Of a stretch of 32,000 bases of DNA, positions 19,425-28,578 are shown in pieces. Position 1 is the stretch's first letter. Each line of letters starts with the position of its first letter. The DNA comes from Halalkalibacterium halodurans. GTDB taxonomy: Bacteria; Bacillota; Bacilli; Bacillales; Bacillaceae_D. The notes beneath the pieces were generated by a model. That model ran no database searches and was not told where the DNA came from. It was given only the letters and a program-made list of their open reading frames with translations. The DNA lies in contig NZ_SNUY01000012.1 in assembly GCF_004376175.1 (NCBI RefSeq), forward strand, positions 48,035 through 80,034. The letters are read 5' to 3'. Position numbers and translations under genes: made by a program.

Positions 19425-19562
19425 ATGACGTTATTATCTTCTTTACATGTAGTGAATGAAGGGATTTTTTGGGTTGATAGGAAATCCTGTTTACTAGATG
19501 TTAAAGAAAAACATGAAAAACAAAAGGGAATCCTTTATAATAAATATATCATTTACGTGTAA
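19425..19562 (+). CDS. Candidate 45-codon small ORF (hypothetical) abutting rpoY
   Basis: MTLLSSLHVVNEGIFWVDRKSCLLDVKEKHEKQKGILYNKYIIYV. Very strong SD GAAGGAGGT lies 5 nt upstream of ATG 19425. Its TAA (19560-19562) overlaps the rpoY SD AAGGAGAGG. Confidence 0.35.
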   Translation: MTLLSSLHVVNEGIFWVDRKSCLLDVKEKHEKQKGILYNKYIIYV

Positions 19563-19574
19563 GGAGAGGTATGA

Positions 19575-19784
19575 ATGATCTACAAAGTATTTTATCAAAA
19601 AGATTTTGACCAAGTTCCAGTTAGAGAGAACACAGACTCTCTATATGTAGAAGCAGAAAGTGAAGCGGATGTACGCAAAAAGCTTTCTGAGAAAAACTAT
19701 AACCTAGAATTTATCACTCCGATCTCTGGTGAATTTTTAGCGTATGAACAACAAAAAGAACATTTTACCGTGGAGAAGCTCTAA
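19575..19784 (+). CDS. rpoY: RNA polymerase epsilon subunit (YkzG/UPF0356)
   Basis: 69 aa. [30 protein letters not shown]...[16 protein letters not shown] is nearly colinear with B. subtilis YkzG as I recall it. Located directly upstream of rnjA. Confidence 0.9.
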   Translation: MIYKVFYQKDFDQVPVRENTDSLYVEAESEADVRKKLSEKNYNLEFITPISGEFLAYEQQKEHFTVEKL

Positions 19785-19790
19785 CTGATT

Positions 19791-21458
19791 ATGAAGCAAC
19801 TAAAAAATAACCAAACCGCTGTGTATGCCCTCGGGGGCTTAGGTGAGATCGGAAAAAATACGTATGCGGTGCAGTTCCAAGATGAAATTATCCTTATTGA
19901 TGCCGGAATAAAATTTCCTGAAGATGAACTTCTTGGAATTGATTATGTCATTCCTGATTATTCGTACCTGGTCAAGAATGAAAACAAGATAAAAGGTCTT
20001 TTTATTACACACGGACACGAAGACCATATTGGGGGCATCCCTTATTTACTTAGGGAAGTAAATATTCCAATCTATGGGGGAAAACTTGCCCTCGGACTCC
20101 TTCGAGGCAAGCTTGAGGAGCACGGACTCCTTCGTAAAGCGAAACTCCATGACATTCAAGAGGACGATATTATAAAGTTTGCCAAGACGTCGGTTTCATT
20201 TTTTCGAACGACCCACAGCATTCCTGATTCATACGGGATCGTCGTAAAAACCCCTCCTGGCAACATCGTCCACACGGGGGATTTTAAATTTGATTTCACG
20301 CCAGTTGGTGAACCAGCAAACTTAACAAAAATGGCGAAAATCGGGGAAGAAGGCGTTCTTTGCTTACTATCCGATAGCACCAATAGTGAAATTCCTGAGT
20401 TTACAATGTCAGAGCGTAAAGTTGGCGAAAGCATCGATCATATTTTTCGCCGTGTAGAGGGTCGAATTATTTTTGCTACATTCGCCTCGAACATTCACCG
20501 ATTGCAGCAAGCAGTAGAGTCGGCTGTCCGTTATGGACGAAAAGTTGCCGTCTTTGGCCGCAGCATGGAGTCAGCGATTAATATCGGTCAAGAACTCGGT
20601 TATATTAAGGCTCCTAAAAATACGTTTATTGAGCCAAATCAACTCAATAAATTACCTGATAACGAAGTAATGATTTTATGTACAGGCTCTCAAGGAGAAC
20701 CAATGGCTGCACTCTCAAGGGTTGCCTTTGGAACCCATCGGCAAATTCAAATCATCCCTGGTGATACGGTGATTTTTTCTTCGTCTCCGATTCCAGGTAA
20801 TACGTTAAGCGTCAGCAAAACCATCAACCAGCTGTACAAAGCTGGAGCGAATGTTATTCATGGTTCACTCAATGACATCCATACGTCTGGACATGGCGGA
20901 CAGGAAGAACAGAAGCTCATGCTTCGTTTAATAAAACCAAAATACTTTATGCCCATTCACGGAGAATACCGGATGCTCAAAATGCATACGAAACTTGCAG
21001 AAGATTGCGGGGTACCTGCAGAAAACTGCTTTATTATGGATAATGGGGATGTTCTTGCCCTCCACCCTGATGAAGCAGGAATCGCCGGAAAAATTCCATC
21101 TGGCTCCGTTTACGTAGACGGAAATGGAATCGGTGATATCGGCAACATTGTGCTGCGTGACCGCCGCATTTTGTCAGAAGAAGGACTTGTGGTCGTCGTT
21201 GTTAGTCTCAATATGAAGGAGTACAAAGTCACAGCCGGACCTGACCTCATTTCAAGAGGATTCGTGTACATGCGTGAATCAGGTGACTTAATTCAGGAGG
21301 CGCAAAGACTTCTCGCCAATCATTTGCAAGAAGTGATGGAGCGTAAAACGAATCAATGGTCTGAAATCAAAAACGAAATTACGGATGTCCTCGGCCCATT
21401 CTTATACGATCGAACAAAACGTAAACCGATGATTTTACCGATCATCATGGAAGTCTAA
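19791..21458 (+). CDS. rnjA: Ribonuclease J1
   Basis: 555 aa. Metallo-beta-lactamase motif [10 protein letters not shown], beta-CASP domain, and a C-terminal domain of RNase J length. Classic ykzG-rnjA gene pair. Confidence 0.95.
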   Translation: MKQLKNNQTAVYALGGLGEIGKNTYAVQFQDEIILIDAGIKFPEDELLGIDYVIPDYSYLVKNENKIKGLFITHGHEDHIGGIPYLLREVNIPIYGGKLALGLLRGKLEEHGLLRKAKLHDIQEDDIIKFAKTSVSFFRTTHSIPDSYGIVVKTPPGNIVHTGDFKFDFTPVGEPANLTKMAKIGEEGVLCLLSDSTNSEIPEFTMSERKVGESIDHIFRRVEGRIIFATFASNIHRLQQAVESAVRYGRKVAVFGRSMESAINIGQELGYIKAPKNTFIEPNQLNKLPDNEVMILCTGSQGEPMAALSRVAFGTHRQIQIIPGDTVIFSSSPIPGNTLSVSKTINQLYKAGANVIHGSLNDIHTSGHGGQEEQKLMLRLIKPKYFMPIHGEYRMLKMHTKLAEDCGVPAENCFIMDNGDVLALHPDEAGIAGKIPSGSVYVDGNGIGDIGNIVLRDRRILSEEGLVVVVVSLNMKEYKVTAGPDLISRGFVYMRESGDLIQEAQRLLANHLQEVMERKTNQWSEIKNEITDVLGPFLYDRTKRKPMILPIIMEV

Positions 21459-21466
21459 TGGGTAAC

Positions 21467-21498
21467 AAAAACGAGCGTTTCGATAAACGCTCGTTTTT
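21467..21498. terminator. Bidirectional rho-independent terminator between rnjA and ktrC-like
   Basis: 14-bp perfect stem AAAAACGAGCGTTT / AAACGCTCGTTTTT with a 4-nt loop (CGAT). A/T runs are built into both arms. Confidence 0.85.
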
Positions 21499-21572
21499 AA
21501 TACCTTTTCAGAGGGTTAAAAGAATTTAGCAGTAAGCTAACAATAGTTCTAAAAGGGACACCTGTGCTTTTG

Positions 21573-22235
21573 TTACGAATCGATCAAATCCATTTCAAAT
21601 CGGACAATATCCGCATCAGCACCGATCACCACTAACAAATCATCAGTTTGAATTGTTTCTTCAGCAGCTGGTGATACGATAATTTCACGCCCTCGCTTGA
21701 TCGCAATAATGCTACAACCGTACGTGGCGCGAATGTTTAGTTCCACCATCGTTTTTCCATTCAACTTCTCTCCAGCAATACACTCGACAATGCTGTAATC
21801 ATCTGAAAGCTCCAAATAGTCGAGAATATTTTTAGAAATTAGATGGTGAGCGATTCGAACCCCCATATCCCGTTCAGGATGTACGACCTTTTCTGCTCCA
21901 ACTTTGTTCAAGACTTTAGCATGATAAGCATTAAGTGCTTTTGCTGTTACGTGGGGCACACCAAGCTCTACTAAAATTAAGGTTGTCAAAATACTCGCTT
22001 GAATGTCATCACCGATCGCAACGATAACATGATCAAAATTTCGAATACCTAAGCTTTTTAACACCTTCTCATCCGTAGTATCCGCAATAACAGCATGGGT
22101 CGCTATGTCACGAAATTGTTCGACCTTCGCCTCATCTCGATCAATTGCTAATACTTCCATCCCATTCTCAATTAATGCACGGCAGACACTTCCGCCAAAT
22201 CGACCTAATCCAATGACGGCAAACTGTTTTTTCAT
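21573..22235 (-). CDS. ktrC: Ktr/Trk potassium uptake system peripheral NAD-binding (RCK) subunit
   Basis: 220 aa. Rossmann motif VIGLGRFGGSV followed by an RCK_C domain. The symbol is assigned by synteny next to rnjA (ykqB/ktrC in B. subtilis); ktrA-type cannot be excluded. Confidence 0.8.
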   Translation of the reverse strand: MKKQFAVIGLGRFGGSVCRALIENGMEVLAIDRDEAKVEQFRDIATHAVIADTTDEKVLKSLGIRNFDHVIVAIGDDIQASILTTLILVELGVPHVTAKALNAYHAKVLNKVGAEKVVHPERDMGVRIAHHLISKNILDYLELSDDYSIVECIAGEKLNGKTMVELNIRATYGCSIIAIKRGREIIVSPAAEETIQTDDLLVVIGADADIVRFEMDLIDS

Positions 22236-22402
22236 ACGCTCTTCACCTTTTATCCAAATGTACTTTGACTTTTTTCCGCTTGACTTTAGTATATGCTTGA
22301 ATGTACAGGTTAGCCCTAACTAGGTTGCTCATGGCCCCTCTTTCATTTACCGCCATCATTTAATGAAAAAACGTCTTTCTTATAAATTAAACATGAGAAA
22401 GA

Positions 22403-22440
22403 GCATAAAACAAGTGCGCCCCTCGTGGCGCACTTGTTCA
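22403..22440 (-). terminator. Rho-independent terminator after ykuV-like
   Basis: 12-bp perfect stem AACAAGTGCGCC (22409-22420) / GGCGCACTTGTT (22427-22438), followed on the minus strand by TTATGC, immediately after the stop at 22444. Confidence 0.75.
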
Positions 22441-22443
22441 AGC

Positions 22444-22893
22444 TTATTCCTTAATACCTAGCACTCGGTTAACGCGCTTCGTTAGCATTTTCATCCCGCC
22501 GCCACCAGCTTGAAAATGACGAAGCTGTCCTTCTTCATCAAATACATAGTAAGCTGGCACGTATTCATTTTCAAACGCATCCGTTAGCTTATGCTGGCTA
22601 TCGACAAAAATAGGTTGAGTAATCCCATGCTCCTCTGCGACTTGTTTAATCTGTTCGAGGTCTAAGTCTTTTTCCGAACGTGGCATGTGAACGGCAATCA
22701 CGTGCAATTGATCTTTATATTTATCACGGAATTCGTTCACATTCGGCATCGCTTCTTTACATAGTCCGCAACTAATCGACCAAAAATGAATAAGTGTCGG
22801 TTTATCCTGAAGATCACTCTTTTGTACTTCTCCGTTTAACCATGCAGTTGCGCCTTCTAATTCTGGCATTTGAGAACGTAATTTTAACGCCAT
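22444..22893 (-). CDS. ykuV: Thiol-disulfide oxidoreductase (thioredoxin-like, YkuV type)
   Basis: CxxC motif in HFWSISCGLCKEAMP, with near-colinear similarity to B. subtilis YkuV as I recall it (ENEYVPAYYVFD, LRHFQAGG). Track ORF extends to 22962. I prefer ATG 22893 (149 aa), preceded by AGGAGGGA, because the extension runs through a terminator-like hairpin. Confidence 0.88.
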   Translation of the reverse strand: MALKLRSQMPELEGATAWLNGEVQKSDLQDKPTLIHFWSISCGLCKEAMPNVNEFRDKYKDQLHVIAVHMPRSEKDLDLEQIKQVAEEHGITQPIFVDSQHKLTDAFENEYVPAYYVFDEEGQLRHFQAGGGGMKMLTKRVNRVLGIKE

Positions 22894-22912
22894 TCTCAAT
22901 TCCCTCCTTCTA

Positions 22913-22960
22913 ATCGAAAATGAAGGGAAGAGGCCTAACATTGCTGCTAGACCTCTCCCC
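22913..22960 (-). terminator. Intercistronic hairpin plus U-run between ykuU-like and ykuV-like (possible attenuator)
   Basis: On the minus strand, GGGGAGAGG (complement of 22952-22960) pairs with CCTCTTCCC (complement of 22925-33). That is 9 bp including one G-U pair, with an 18-nt loop, followed by TTCATTTTCG. Confidence 0.45.
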
Positions 22961-22984
22961 ATTGAACCTGTAGCTTGTCCAAAA

Positions 22985-23536
22985 TTAAACGCTTAATGTT
23001 TCTTGACCTGGCTTCCAGTTTGCAGGGCAAAGGCCACCAGTTTGGAGCGCTTGAAGAACACGAAGCGTTTCATCCACGTCACGACCAATGTTATTATGGT
23101 TGACGACAGAATACATAAGCTCGCCTTCTGGGCTAATGATGAATAGTCCACGAAGTGCAATTCCTTCTTCTTCAATAAGTACACCATATTCACGAGAGAC
23201 TTCGTGATTCGTGTCTGCAGCTAATGGATACTTAAGGTCTCCTAAGCCGTTGTCATCACGAGACGTGTTAATCCAAGCTTTATGCGTGTGAATGGTGTCG
23301 GTTGAAACCCCAATTACTTCCGCATCTAAATCTTCAAACTCGTCATAACGGTCGCTGAGTGATGTAATTTCTGTTGGACATACAAAAGTGAAGTCCATTG
23401 GATAGAAGAAAAGAACTGTCCATTTGTCGTTCTTCATATTCTCTTCGAGGCTTACTTTTCCGAACTCCTTGTTCGGCATTACAGCATCCATTTCAAAGCG
23501 AGGTGCTTGCTTTGCTACCATACGCTTGTCCGTCAT
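22985..23536 (-). CDS. ykuU: 2-Cys peroxiredoxin (AhpC/TSA family, YkuU type)
   Basis: 183 aa. Peroxidatic Cys motif FFYPMDFTFVCPTE and resolving Cys in GGLCPANW. Paired with ykuV as in B. subtilis. Confidence 0.9.
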   Translation of the reverse strand: MTDKRMVAKQAPRFEMDAVMPNKEFGKVSLEENMKNDKWTVLFFYPMDFTFVCPTEITSLSDRYDEFEDLDAEVIGVSTDTIHTHKAWINTSRDDNGLGDLKYPLAADTNHEVSREYGVLIEEEGIALRGLFIISPEGELMYSVVNHNNIGRDVDETLRVLQALQTGGLCPANWKPGQETLSV

Positions 23537-23585
23537 TATGTACCTACCTCCCGAAAAATCTTCAAAAGTGTTGTCTTACAGCCAT

Positions 23586-23614
23586 ATTATAAGAGAAGTA
23601 AATTTTGGAGTCAA
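23586..23614 (-). promoter_or_regulatory. SigA-type promoter for ykuU-ykuV
   Basis: Minus strand reads TTGACT (complement of 23609-23614), 17-nt spacer, TATAAT (complement of 23586-23591), about 50 nt upstream of ATG 23536. Confidence 0.65.
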
Positions 23615-23839
23615 TGTCTTTGAAGTAAATGTTTTTTTATAATTGATATTAGTTGATAATAACTGAACTTCTTTCCCCCTTGATATCAGCCCTTTTTAGA
23701 ATGTGACAATTTTTTTACGCTACGATAGTCCAGCAAAGGGTCTACGACCATTGGCCCTTCTCTTCTTTCCATGTTTCGTCCATACTTAATGAGGTTATAG
23801 TAAGAGAGGCTAGCCCATCATCCAAGAGGAGTTGATACG

Positions 23840-24670
23840 ATGAACCTATGGTTTGAAAATATAACATCAGGGGCTTTTCTTGCTTCGACTTTCATCATCG
23901 CTGGTAAAGTGCTCGTTGCAGTCATTGCCTTTCTTATCGTGCGTGCGATCGGGAAACGGATCATTTCCAATAGTTTTGCGCGGATGGCGAAAAATAACCA
24001 GCTTTCATCTGGACGGGTCGTCACACTTGAAAAGCTTTCACTAAATGCTTTTTCTTATACACTCATGTTTATTTTTGCAACGACTTTGCTCACCATTTTC
24101 GGTTTAAATCCTTCCGCTTTAATAGCAGGTGCTGGGATCATTGGACTGGCAATTGGTTTTGGGGCACAAGGTTTAGTGAGTGACATTGTGACAGGCTTTT
24201 TTATTTTGTTGGAAAAGCAAATCGATGTAGGAGATTACGTGACGGCTGGTGGTGTCGATGGCATCGTGGAAGAGGTTGGCTTGCGTACAGCCTTAATTCG
24301 CGGCTTTGATGGAACCCTTCACTACATACCGAATCGAAACATCGCCAACGTTAGCAACCATTCTCGCGGGAATATGCGTGCGCTTGTAGACATCAGCATT
24401 TCATATAACGATAACATTGATGAAGCGATTTCCGTCATGCAGAAGGTTTGCGATCAATTGGCTGAACAAGATGAACGGATTATTGAAGGTCCAGATGTTA
24501 TCGGTGTTCAAAATTTAGGCGATTCTGATGTGGTCATCCGCATCATTGCAAAAACGGAAAATATGGAGCAATGGAGTGTCGAGCGTCTATTACGCAAACA
24601 GTTGAAAGAGGCTCTAGAAGCCCATAACATCGAAATTCCGTATCCTCACCAAGTATACGTTCATAAGTAA
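23840..24670 (+). CDS. ykuT: MscS-family small-conductance mechanosensitive channel
   Basis: 276 aa. Three N-terminal TM helices and the conserved pore-helix region [38 protein letters not shown], then a beta-domain. The symbol is assigned by synteny. Confidence 0.88.
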   Translation: MNLWFENITSGAFLASTFIIAGKVLVAVIAFLIVRAIGKRIISNSFARMAKNNQLSSGRVVTLEKLSLNAFSYTLMFIFATTLLTIFGLNPSALIAGAGIIGLAIGFGAQGLVSDIVTGFFILLEKQIDVGDYVTAGGVDGIVEEVGLRTALIRGFDGTLHYIPNRNIANVSNHSRGNMRALVDISISYNDNIDEAISVMQKVCDQLAEQDERIIEGPDVIGVQNLGDSDVVIRIIAKTENMEQWSVERLLRKQLKEALEAHNIEIPYPHQVYVHK

Positions 24671-24686
24671 ATGGGATGAATCAATC

Positions 24687-24719
24687 AGCCATCTCCTTAT
24701 TATGAGAGATGGCTTTTTC
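24687..24719 (+). terminator. Rho-independent terminator after ykuT-like
   Basis: 9-bp stem AGCCATCTC (24687-24695) / GAGATGGCT (24706-24714), followed by TTTTT. Confidence 0.8.
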
Positions 24720-24793
24720 TTATGAATGTTCAATAAAAGTTTTCCATATATGTGATGATAATGAAACATAGCTAAAAGAAGGAGGTTGACATA

Positions 24794-25036
24794 GTGAACG
24801 ACTCACAATTGAAACAAACGTTGTATCAATTAAGCGAAACCATCGATTGGCTTGATGGCAAGGTGAACAAACTCGAGAGTACATTTTCGCAAGTGGATAC
24901 TACCCTTAATGAACTAAGTAACAAAATCCAACAACTTGGAAAAAGTGTAAACTCCCTGCAGGTAAATATAGAATCCTCGCAACAAAGGGGCACCTCTGAA
25001 CAAACCACGAGCTATCATTGTCACCACGTTCGATAA
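24794..25036 (+). CDS. Small coiled-coil protein with a His/Cys-rich tail (hypothetical)
   Basis: 80 aa. GTG start 8 nt after AAGGAGG. Heptad-like Leu/Val spacing through residues about 5-60 (LKQTLYQLSETIDWLDGKVNKLESTFSQVDTTLNELSNKIQQLGKSVNSLQVNI). C-terminus is SYHCHHVR. I recognise no family. Confidence 0.55.
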   Translation: MNDSQLKQTLYQLSETIDWLDGKVNKLESTFSQVDTTLNELSNKIQQLGKSVNSLQVNIESSQQRGTSEQTTSYHCHHVR

Positions 25037-25085
25037 CGAGCACTTAACTTATCTGGGCAAAAGGGGTGGTGACCCTAATATGTGC

Positions 25086-25118
25086 GAAAAAGCACCCGAC
25101 AACAGCGAGTGCTTTCTT
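25086..25118. terminator. Shared terminator between the convergent coiled-coil ORF and ykuS-like
   Basis: GAAAAAGCACCCG-acaacag-CGAGTGCTTTC: an 8-bp stem with one mismatch, an A-run on the 5' side and a T-rich 3' side. Confidence 0.6.
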
Positions 25119-25126
25119 CTGATCAT

Positions 25127-25375
25127 TTATTGCTGCCGCAAGCGCTGATCTACTTGCTGACAAACCTCTTCTGCTGTTAACCCACTTGCATTAATGACAG
25201 CGCCTTGTGTCACAGCATTTTGAATTCCCATTACATTCTGATCTTGGCCTGTGATAACGCAACAGTCACAGCCTTGAGCATCTTGCTCCTGCTTCAACTG
25301 AACGACATCATATCCCATCCCACGAAGCTCTTCTGAAATAGCTGTCAATGATTGTTCGACACCGACCTTTGGCAT
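25127..25375 (-). CDS. ykuS: UPF0180 family protein (YkuS type)
   Basis: 82 aa. [27 protein letters not shown]...[14 protein letters not shown] matches the YkuS/UPF0180 pattern as I recall it. Located downstream of dapL, as in B. subtilis. Confidence 0.85.
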   Translation of the reverse strand: MPKVGVEQSLTAISEELRGMGYDVVQLKQEQDAQGCDCCVITGQDQNVMGIQNAVTQGAVINASGLTAEEVCQQVDQRLRQQ

Positions 25376-25457
25376 CGCTCACACCTCCAAAATAATCATC
25401 TTTCTTCCTTAGTATGAACGACCCTTTTTTTTTCATGCATTTCTATCTATTTCTCTG

Positions 25458-26573
25458 CTACAATGTTTCGATGTATCCTATTAAATGCTGGACGGCAAAT
25501 GACAATACATCCTCATTTGGATTCAAACGCGCATCATGCAAACCATAGTTTGTATCGACACCAAGCCAAAACATAAAGCCAGGAATTTCTTCGAGAAAAT
25601 AACCGAAATCCTCCCCTGTCATGGCTTCGCTGCATTCGATAAACGTGACGCCCTCTCTTCCTTGCGAGTATTCTATAAAACGCGCGACCCGCTCCTCGTC
25701 ATTCCACACTTGACAGTAATTTGAGCCATAATCAATGGATGCTTGACATGAAAATCCGATTTCGATCCCTGAAACAAGTGCTTCAATTCGTTTTTTCACC
25801 TTTTTCATCGACTCAATCGACAACGTTCGGATGGTCCCTTCGATCCGCGCCGTTTCCGCAATAATATTTTGCTTCGTTCCTCCTTTAATCACCCCGATTG
25901 TCACAACAGCCGAATCAAGCGGATCCACGTTACGAGAAACAACCGATTGAAGCTGTGTGACGAGGTGACTAGCTGCAACAACCATATCATTGGCTAGATG
26001 AGGATAGGCGGCATGGCCTCCCTGACCTTTTAAGTCAATGAAAAGCTCAGACGTGTTTGCAAATAACAGCCCTTTCCGTGTGGCGATTGTCCCTACTGGA
26101 TATTCCGGGGCAATATGGAGAGCAATAATCTCATCGGGCCACCACATACGGAATTCCTCTGAATCCAGCATCGGTTTCGCGCCACCAGGCCCTTCTTCAG
26201 CTGGCTGAAAAATAAACAGCAAGTGAGTCTCAGGTTGGTGATAGGCAAAATGACGAAGCAGACCGAAAGCAATCGTCATATGTAAATCATGACCACAAGC
26301 ATGCATCCGCCCCTCATGTTGCGAAACAAATGGTAACCCTGTTTCTTCGGTTATTGGTAATCCGTCCATGTCCGCACGGTAAGCAACCGTTTTCTCACCC
26401 TTTCGACCTCGGACACGAACGAGGATGCCTGTTTTCCACGTTTTCACTTCTAAAAAATCTTGTGGGAGTGATTGAATGAGTTCTAGCAAATACGTCTGTG
26501 TTTTATATTCTTCAAACCCAAGCTCAGGTATGCGATGCAACGCTCTTCGCACATCGATTAATGACGGTTCCAT
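25458..26573 (-). CDS. dapL: N-acetyldiaminopimelate deacetylase (M20 amidohydrolase)
   Basis: M20 family motifs ([30 protein letters not shown]). Adjacent to dapH, as ykuR is in B. subtilis. Track ORF extends to 26678. I prefer ATG 26573 ([13 protein letters not shown]), preceded by AAAGGGGGAA. Confidence 0.88.
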   Translation of the reverse strand: MEPSLIDVRRALHRIPELGFEEYKTQTYLLELIQSLPQDFLEVKTWKTGILVRVRGRKGEKTVAYRADMDGLPITEETGLPFVSQHEGRMHACGHDLHMTIAFGLLRHFAYHQPETHLLFIFQPAEEGPGGAKPMLDSEEFRMWWPDEIIALHIAPEYPVGTIATRKGLLFANTSELFIDLKGQGGHAAYPHLANDMVVAASHLVTQLQSVVSRNVDPLDSAVVTIGVIKGGTKQNIIAETARIEGTIRTLSIESMKKVKKRIEALVSGIEIGFSCQASIDYGSNYCQVWNDEERVARFIEYSQGREGVTFIECSEAMTGEDFGYFLEEIPGFMFWLGVDTNYGLHDARLNPNEDVLSFAVQHLIGYIETL

Positions 26574-26683
26574 ACATTTCCCCCTTTTTGAAGAACTGGT
26601 CTTGTCGTAAAATCTTTCCGAAATGATATCTAACTGATCGTGAAAAAAGGGCTTTACCCATTTTGAGTAAAGCCACACGTTGT

Positions 26684-27406
26684 TTAGTTATCTTCATTCA
26701 AACGGCGAAGCTCTTGTTTAATTTCTGTTTTGCCTTTTGTTTTCTCGTCGATCTCTTTAATCACCCGAGCAGGCGTTCCTGCTACGACTGTGTTTGGCGG
26801 AACATCTTCCGTTACAACAGCTCCTGCAGCAACAACAGCGCCTTTTCCAACTGTTACCCCTTCAAGAATGACGCAGTTCGCACCGATCACGACATCATCC
26901 TCAACGACAACCGGTTTAGCAGAAGGTGGCTCAATGACCCCAGCTAATACGGAGCCCGCTCCGATATGGCAGTTTTTCCCTACTGTCGCCCGTCCACCGA
27001 GAACAACGTTCATGTCGATCATTGTTCCTTCGCCGATCACAGACCCGATGTTGATGCTTGCGCCCATCATAATCACGGCGTTATCGCCAATTTCCACTTG
27101 ATCACGAATAATTGCACCTGGCTCAATGCGAGCTTTAATGTTTTTTAAATCGAGGAGTGGAATGGCAGAGTTGCGACGATCATTTTCGACGACAACATCT
27201 TTAATTTTAGCCTCATTCGCTTTTAGGGCAGCGTCAATCTCACTCCATTCACCGAATAAAACACCTGTCTGTCCGTTGATAAACGATTTTGTATTAGCTC
27301 CAAAATCGATACCTTCCAAGTCGCCTTTAATATAGACCTTTACAGGTGTTGTCTTTTGGCTATTAGAAATAAACTGAATAATTTCATTCGCATCCATCAT
27401 CTTCAT
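26684..27406 (-). CDS. dapH: 2,3,4,5-tetrahydropyridine-2,6-dicarboxylate N-acetyltransferase
   Basis: 240 aa. N-terminal DapH domain ([25 protein letters not shown]) followed by left-handed beta-helix hexapeptide repeats. SD GAGGAGGAA. Confidence 0.92.
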   Translation of the reverse strand: MKMMDANEIIQFISNSQKTTPVKVYIKGDLEGIDFGANTKSFINGQTGVLFGEWSEIDAALKANEAKIKDVVVENDRRNSAIPLLDLKNIKARIEPGAIIRDQVEIGDNAVIMMGASINIGSVIGEGTMIDMNVVLGGRATVGKNCHIGAGSVLAGVIEPPSAKPVVVEDDVVIGANCVILEGVTVGKGAVVAAGAVVTEDVPPNTVVAGTPARVIKEIDEKTKGKTEIKQELRRLNEDN

Positions 27407-27461
27407 ATCATTTCCTCCTCGTTATGTATCGTTCAAGTCGTTCAAAGTGTTGGACCATCTC

Positions 27462-27470
27462 ATTGTAGCA
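27462..27470 (-). promoter_or_regulatory. Candidate extended -10 promoter element for dapH
   Basis: Minus strand reads TGcTACAAT (complement of 27462-27470), about 55 nt upstream of ATG 27406. No good -35 is present (TTCAAA at poor spacing). Confidence 0.35.
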
Positions 27471-27562
27471 TAAGTCATCCATCTGTTTTTGAACGGGCAC
27501 TATTTAATGATAGTGCCCAAGCAAAAAAAATGCAATCACGACCGTAAAATAGATGAATGGAA

Positions 27563-28459
27563 TTAACCTAAGATCGCTAAAAGTACTGTAATGGTCACAA
27601 CGCTGAACAGTGTTGTAATGAGCGTGATGCTTGTCACGAGGCGCGGTTCTGCCTGAAACTGAACAGCGTACATCACGATCGTTGCAGCAGAAGGCATTGC
27701 GGCAGAGACGATCAGCACTTTAGCAAGCAGCGGATCAAACGGGAACACTAGCGTAATACCGAAAGCAATGAGTGGAGACACGATCAATCGTAAAATCGTT
27801 CCATATGTAATCTTACTCCAATCGAAATGCTCCCATTTAATCATCGCTAGCTGCATCCCGAGAATAATCATAACGGTCGGAACAGCCGCTTCTGCAATAA
27901 TATCGACAGTCATTAAAAAGTTTGCAGGTATCTCAACTGGAATCGCTTGAAGCGCAAGCGCCACAATAACAGCATACGTTGCTGGCATTTGCATCACCGC
28001 ACGTATCGCCATACGTACCCCTGCCTTTCCGCGCGCGGCATAGTAAACACCGAAAAAATTCATGATGACCGATTGAAGCACCATAAAGGAGACAGCAAAA
28101 GCAAATCCAGTGTTTCCATAGGCAAACAAAATAATCGGTGCCCCGTAATTGCCCGAGTTCATAAAGGCAGTAGAAAGAACTAACCCACTCTCTGTCGCCT
28201 GAGAATAACCGCGAAGAACCGCATACACTTTATTGATTGCAATCAAAGCGAACAAAAGCAGCATAGCAAATAGGAACATGTACAAGTATTGCAAGTTCAG
28301 CTCTGCCTCATAAAATGTCCGAAACACGAGGGATGGAGTCAAAATGTAGACCGCTACCGTAGAGATCGGTTTAATGTCAACATCCCGCCATTTTTGAACG
28401 ATGAAACCAATAAAAAACACGAGAATGACGGGAAGGACAACTTGAAAGAAAATCGTCAT
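27563..28459 (-). CDS. AEC (auxin efflux carrier) family membrane transporter
   Basis: 298 aa with about 10 TM helices in two halves. N-terminus MTIFFQVVLPVILVFFIGFIVQK and overall composition are typical of PF03547-type permeases. SD GGGAGAGGAGAG. Confidence 0.8.
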   Translation of the reverse strand: MTIFFQVVLPVILVFFIGFIVQKWRDVDIKPISTVAVYILTPSLVFRTFYEAELNLQYLYMFLFAMLLLFALIAINKVYAVLRGYSQATESGLVLSTAFMNSGNYGAPIILFAYGNTGFAFAVSFMVLQSVIMNFFGVYYAARGKAGVRMAIRAVMQMPATYAVIVALALQAIPVEIPANFLMTVDIIAEAAVPTVMIILGMQLAMIKWEHFDWSKITYGTILRLIVSPLIAFGITLVFPFDPLLAKVLIVSAAMPSAATIVMYAVQFQAEPRLVTSITLITTLFSVVTITVLLAILG

Positions 28460-28530
28460 GTTCTCTCCTCTCCCTTACCCAGCCATCGCAGTAACTTAGA
28501 GCGTTTTACCGCACGGTCCACACTGAAGAT

Positions 28531-28566
28531 GAACAAAAGAGCCCGAAGCGGTGAACAACTTCGGGA
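28531..28566 (-). terminator. Rho-independent terminator after dctM
   Basis: Minus strand reads CCCGAAG-ttgttcaccg-CTTCGGG, followed by CTCTTTTGTT, 13 nt after the dctM stop. Confidence 0.65.
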
Positions 28567-28578
28567 ACGGGCTGTTCA

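Noticed and set aside
22236-22402. Possible c-di-AMP (ydaO-type) riboswitch upstream of the ktrC-like gene
   Set aside because: K+ uptake genes can carry this riboswitch. In the 167-nt leader, however, I cannot find the paired ACGGGG/CCCG-type conserved cores or the pseudo-symmetric helices. This should be settled with Rfam cmscan.
26574-26678. 35-codon N-terminal extension of dapL in the ORF track ([15 protein letters not shown]...)
   Set aside because: There is no SD at 26678, and the extension is not part of M20 deacetylases. ATG 26573 has a strong GGGGG SD and begins at the conserved [10 protein letters not shown] region.
26730-27101. 123-aa Thr/Pro/Ala-rich plus-strand ORF, plus 26663..26947, 26966..27148 and 27126..27335
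   Set aside because: These are antisense to the hexapeptide-repeat region of dapH. The periodic codon usage keeps the opposite strand open.
27407-27562. Possible lysine (L-box) riboswitch upstream of dapH
   Set aside because: The distance from the candidate -10 to the ATG is only about 55 nt, far shorter than an L-box (about 180 nt), and no L-box helices are apparent.
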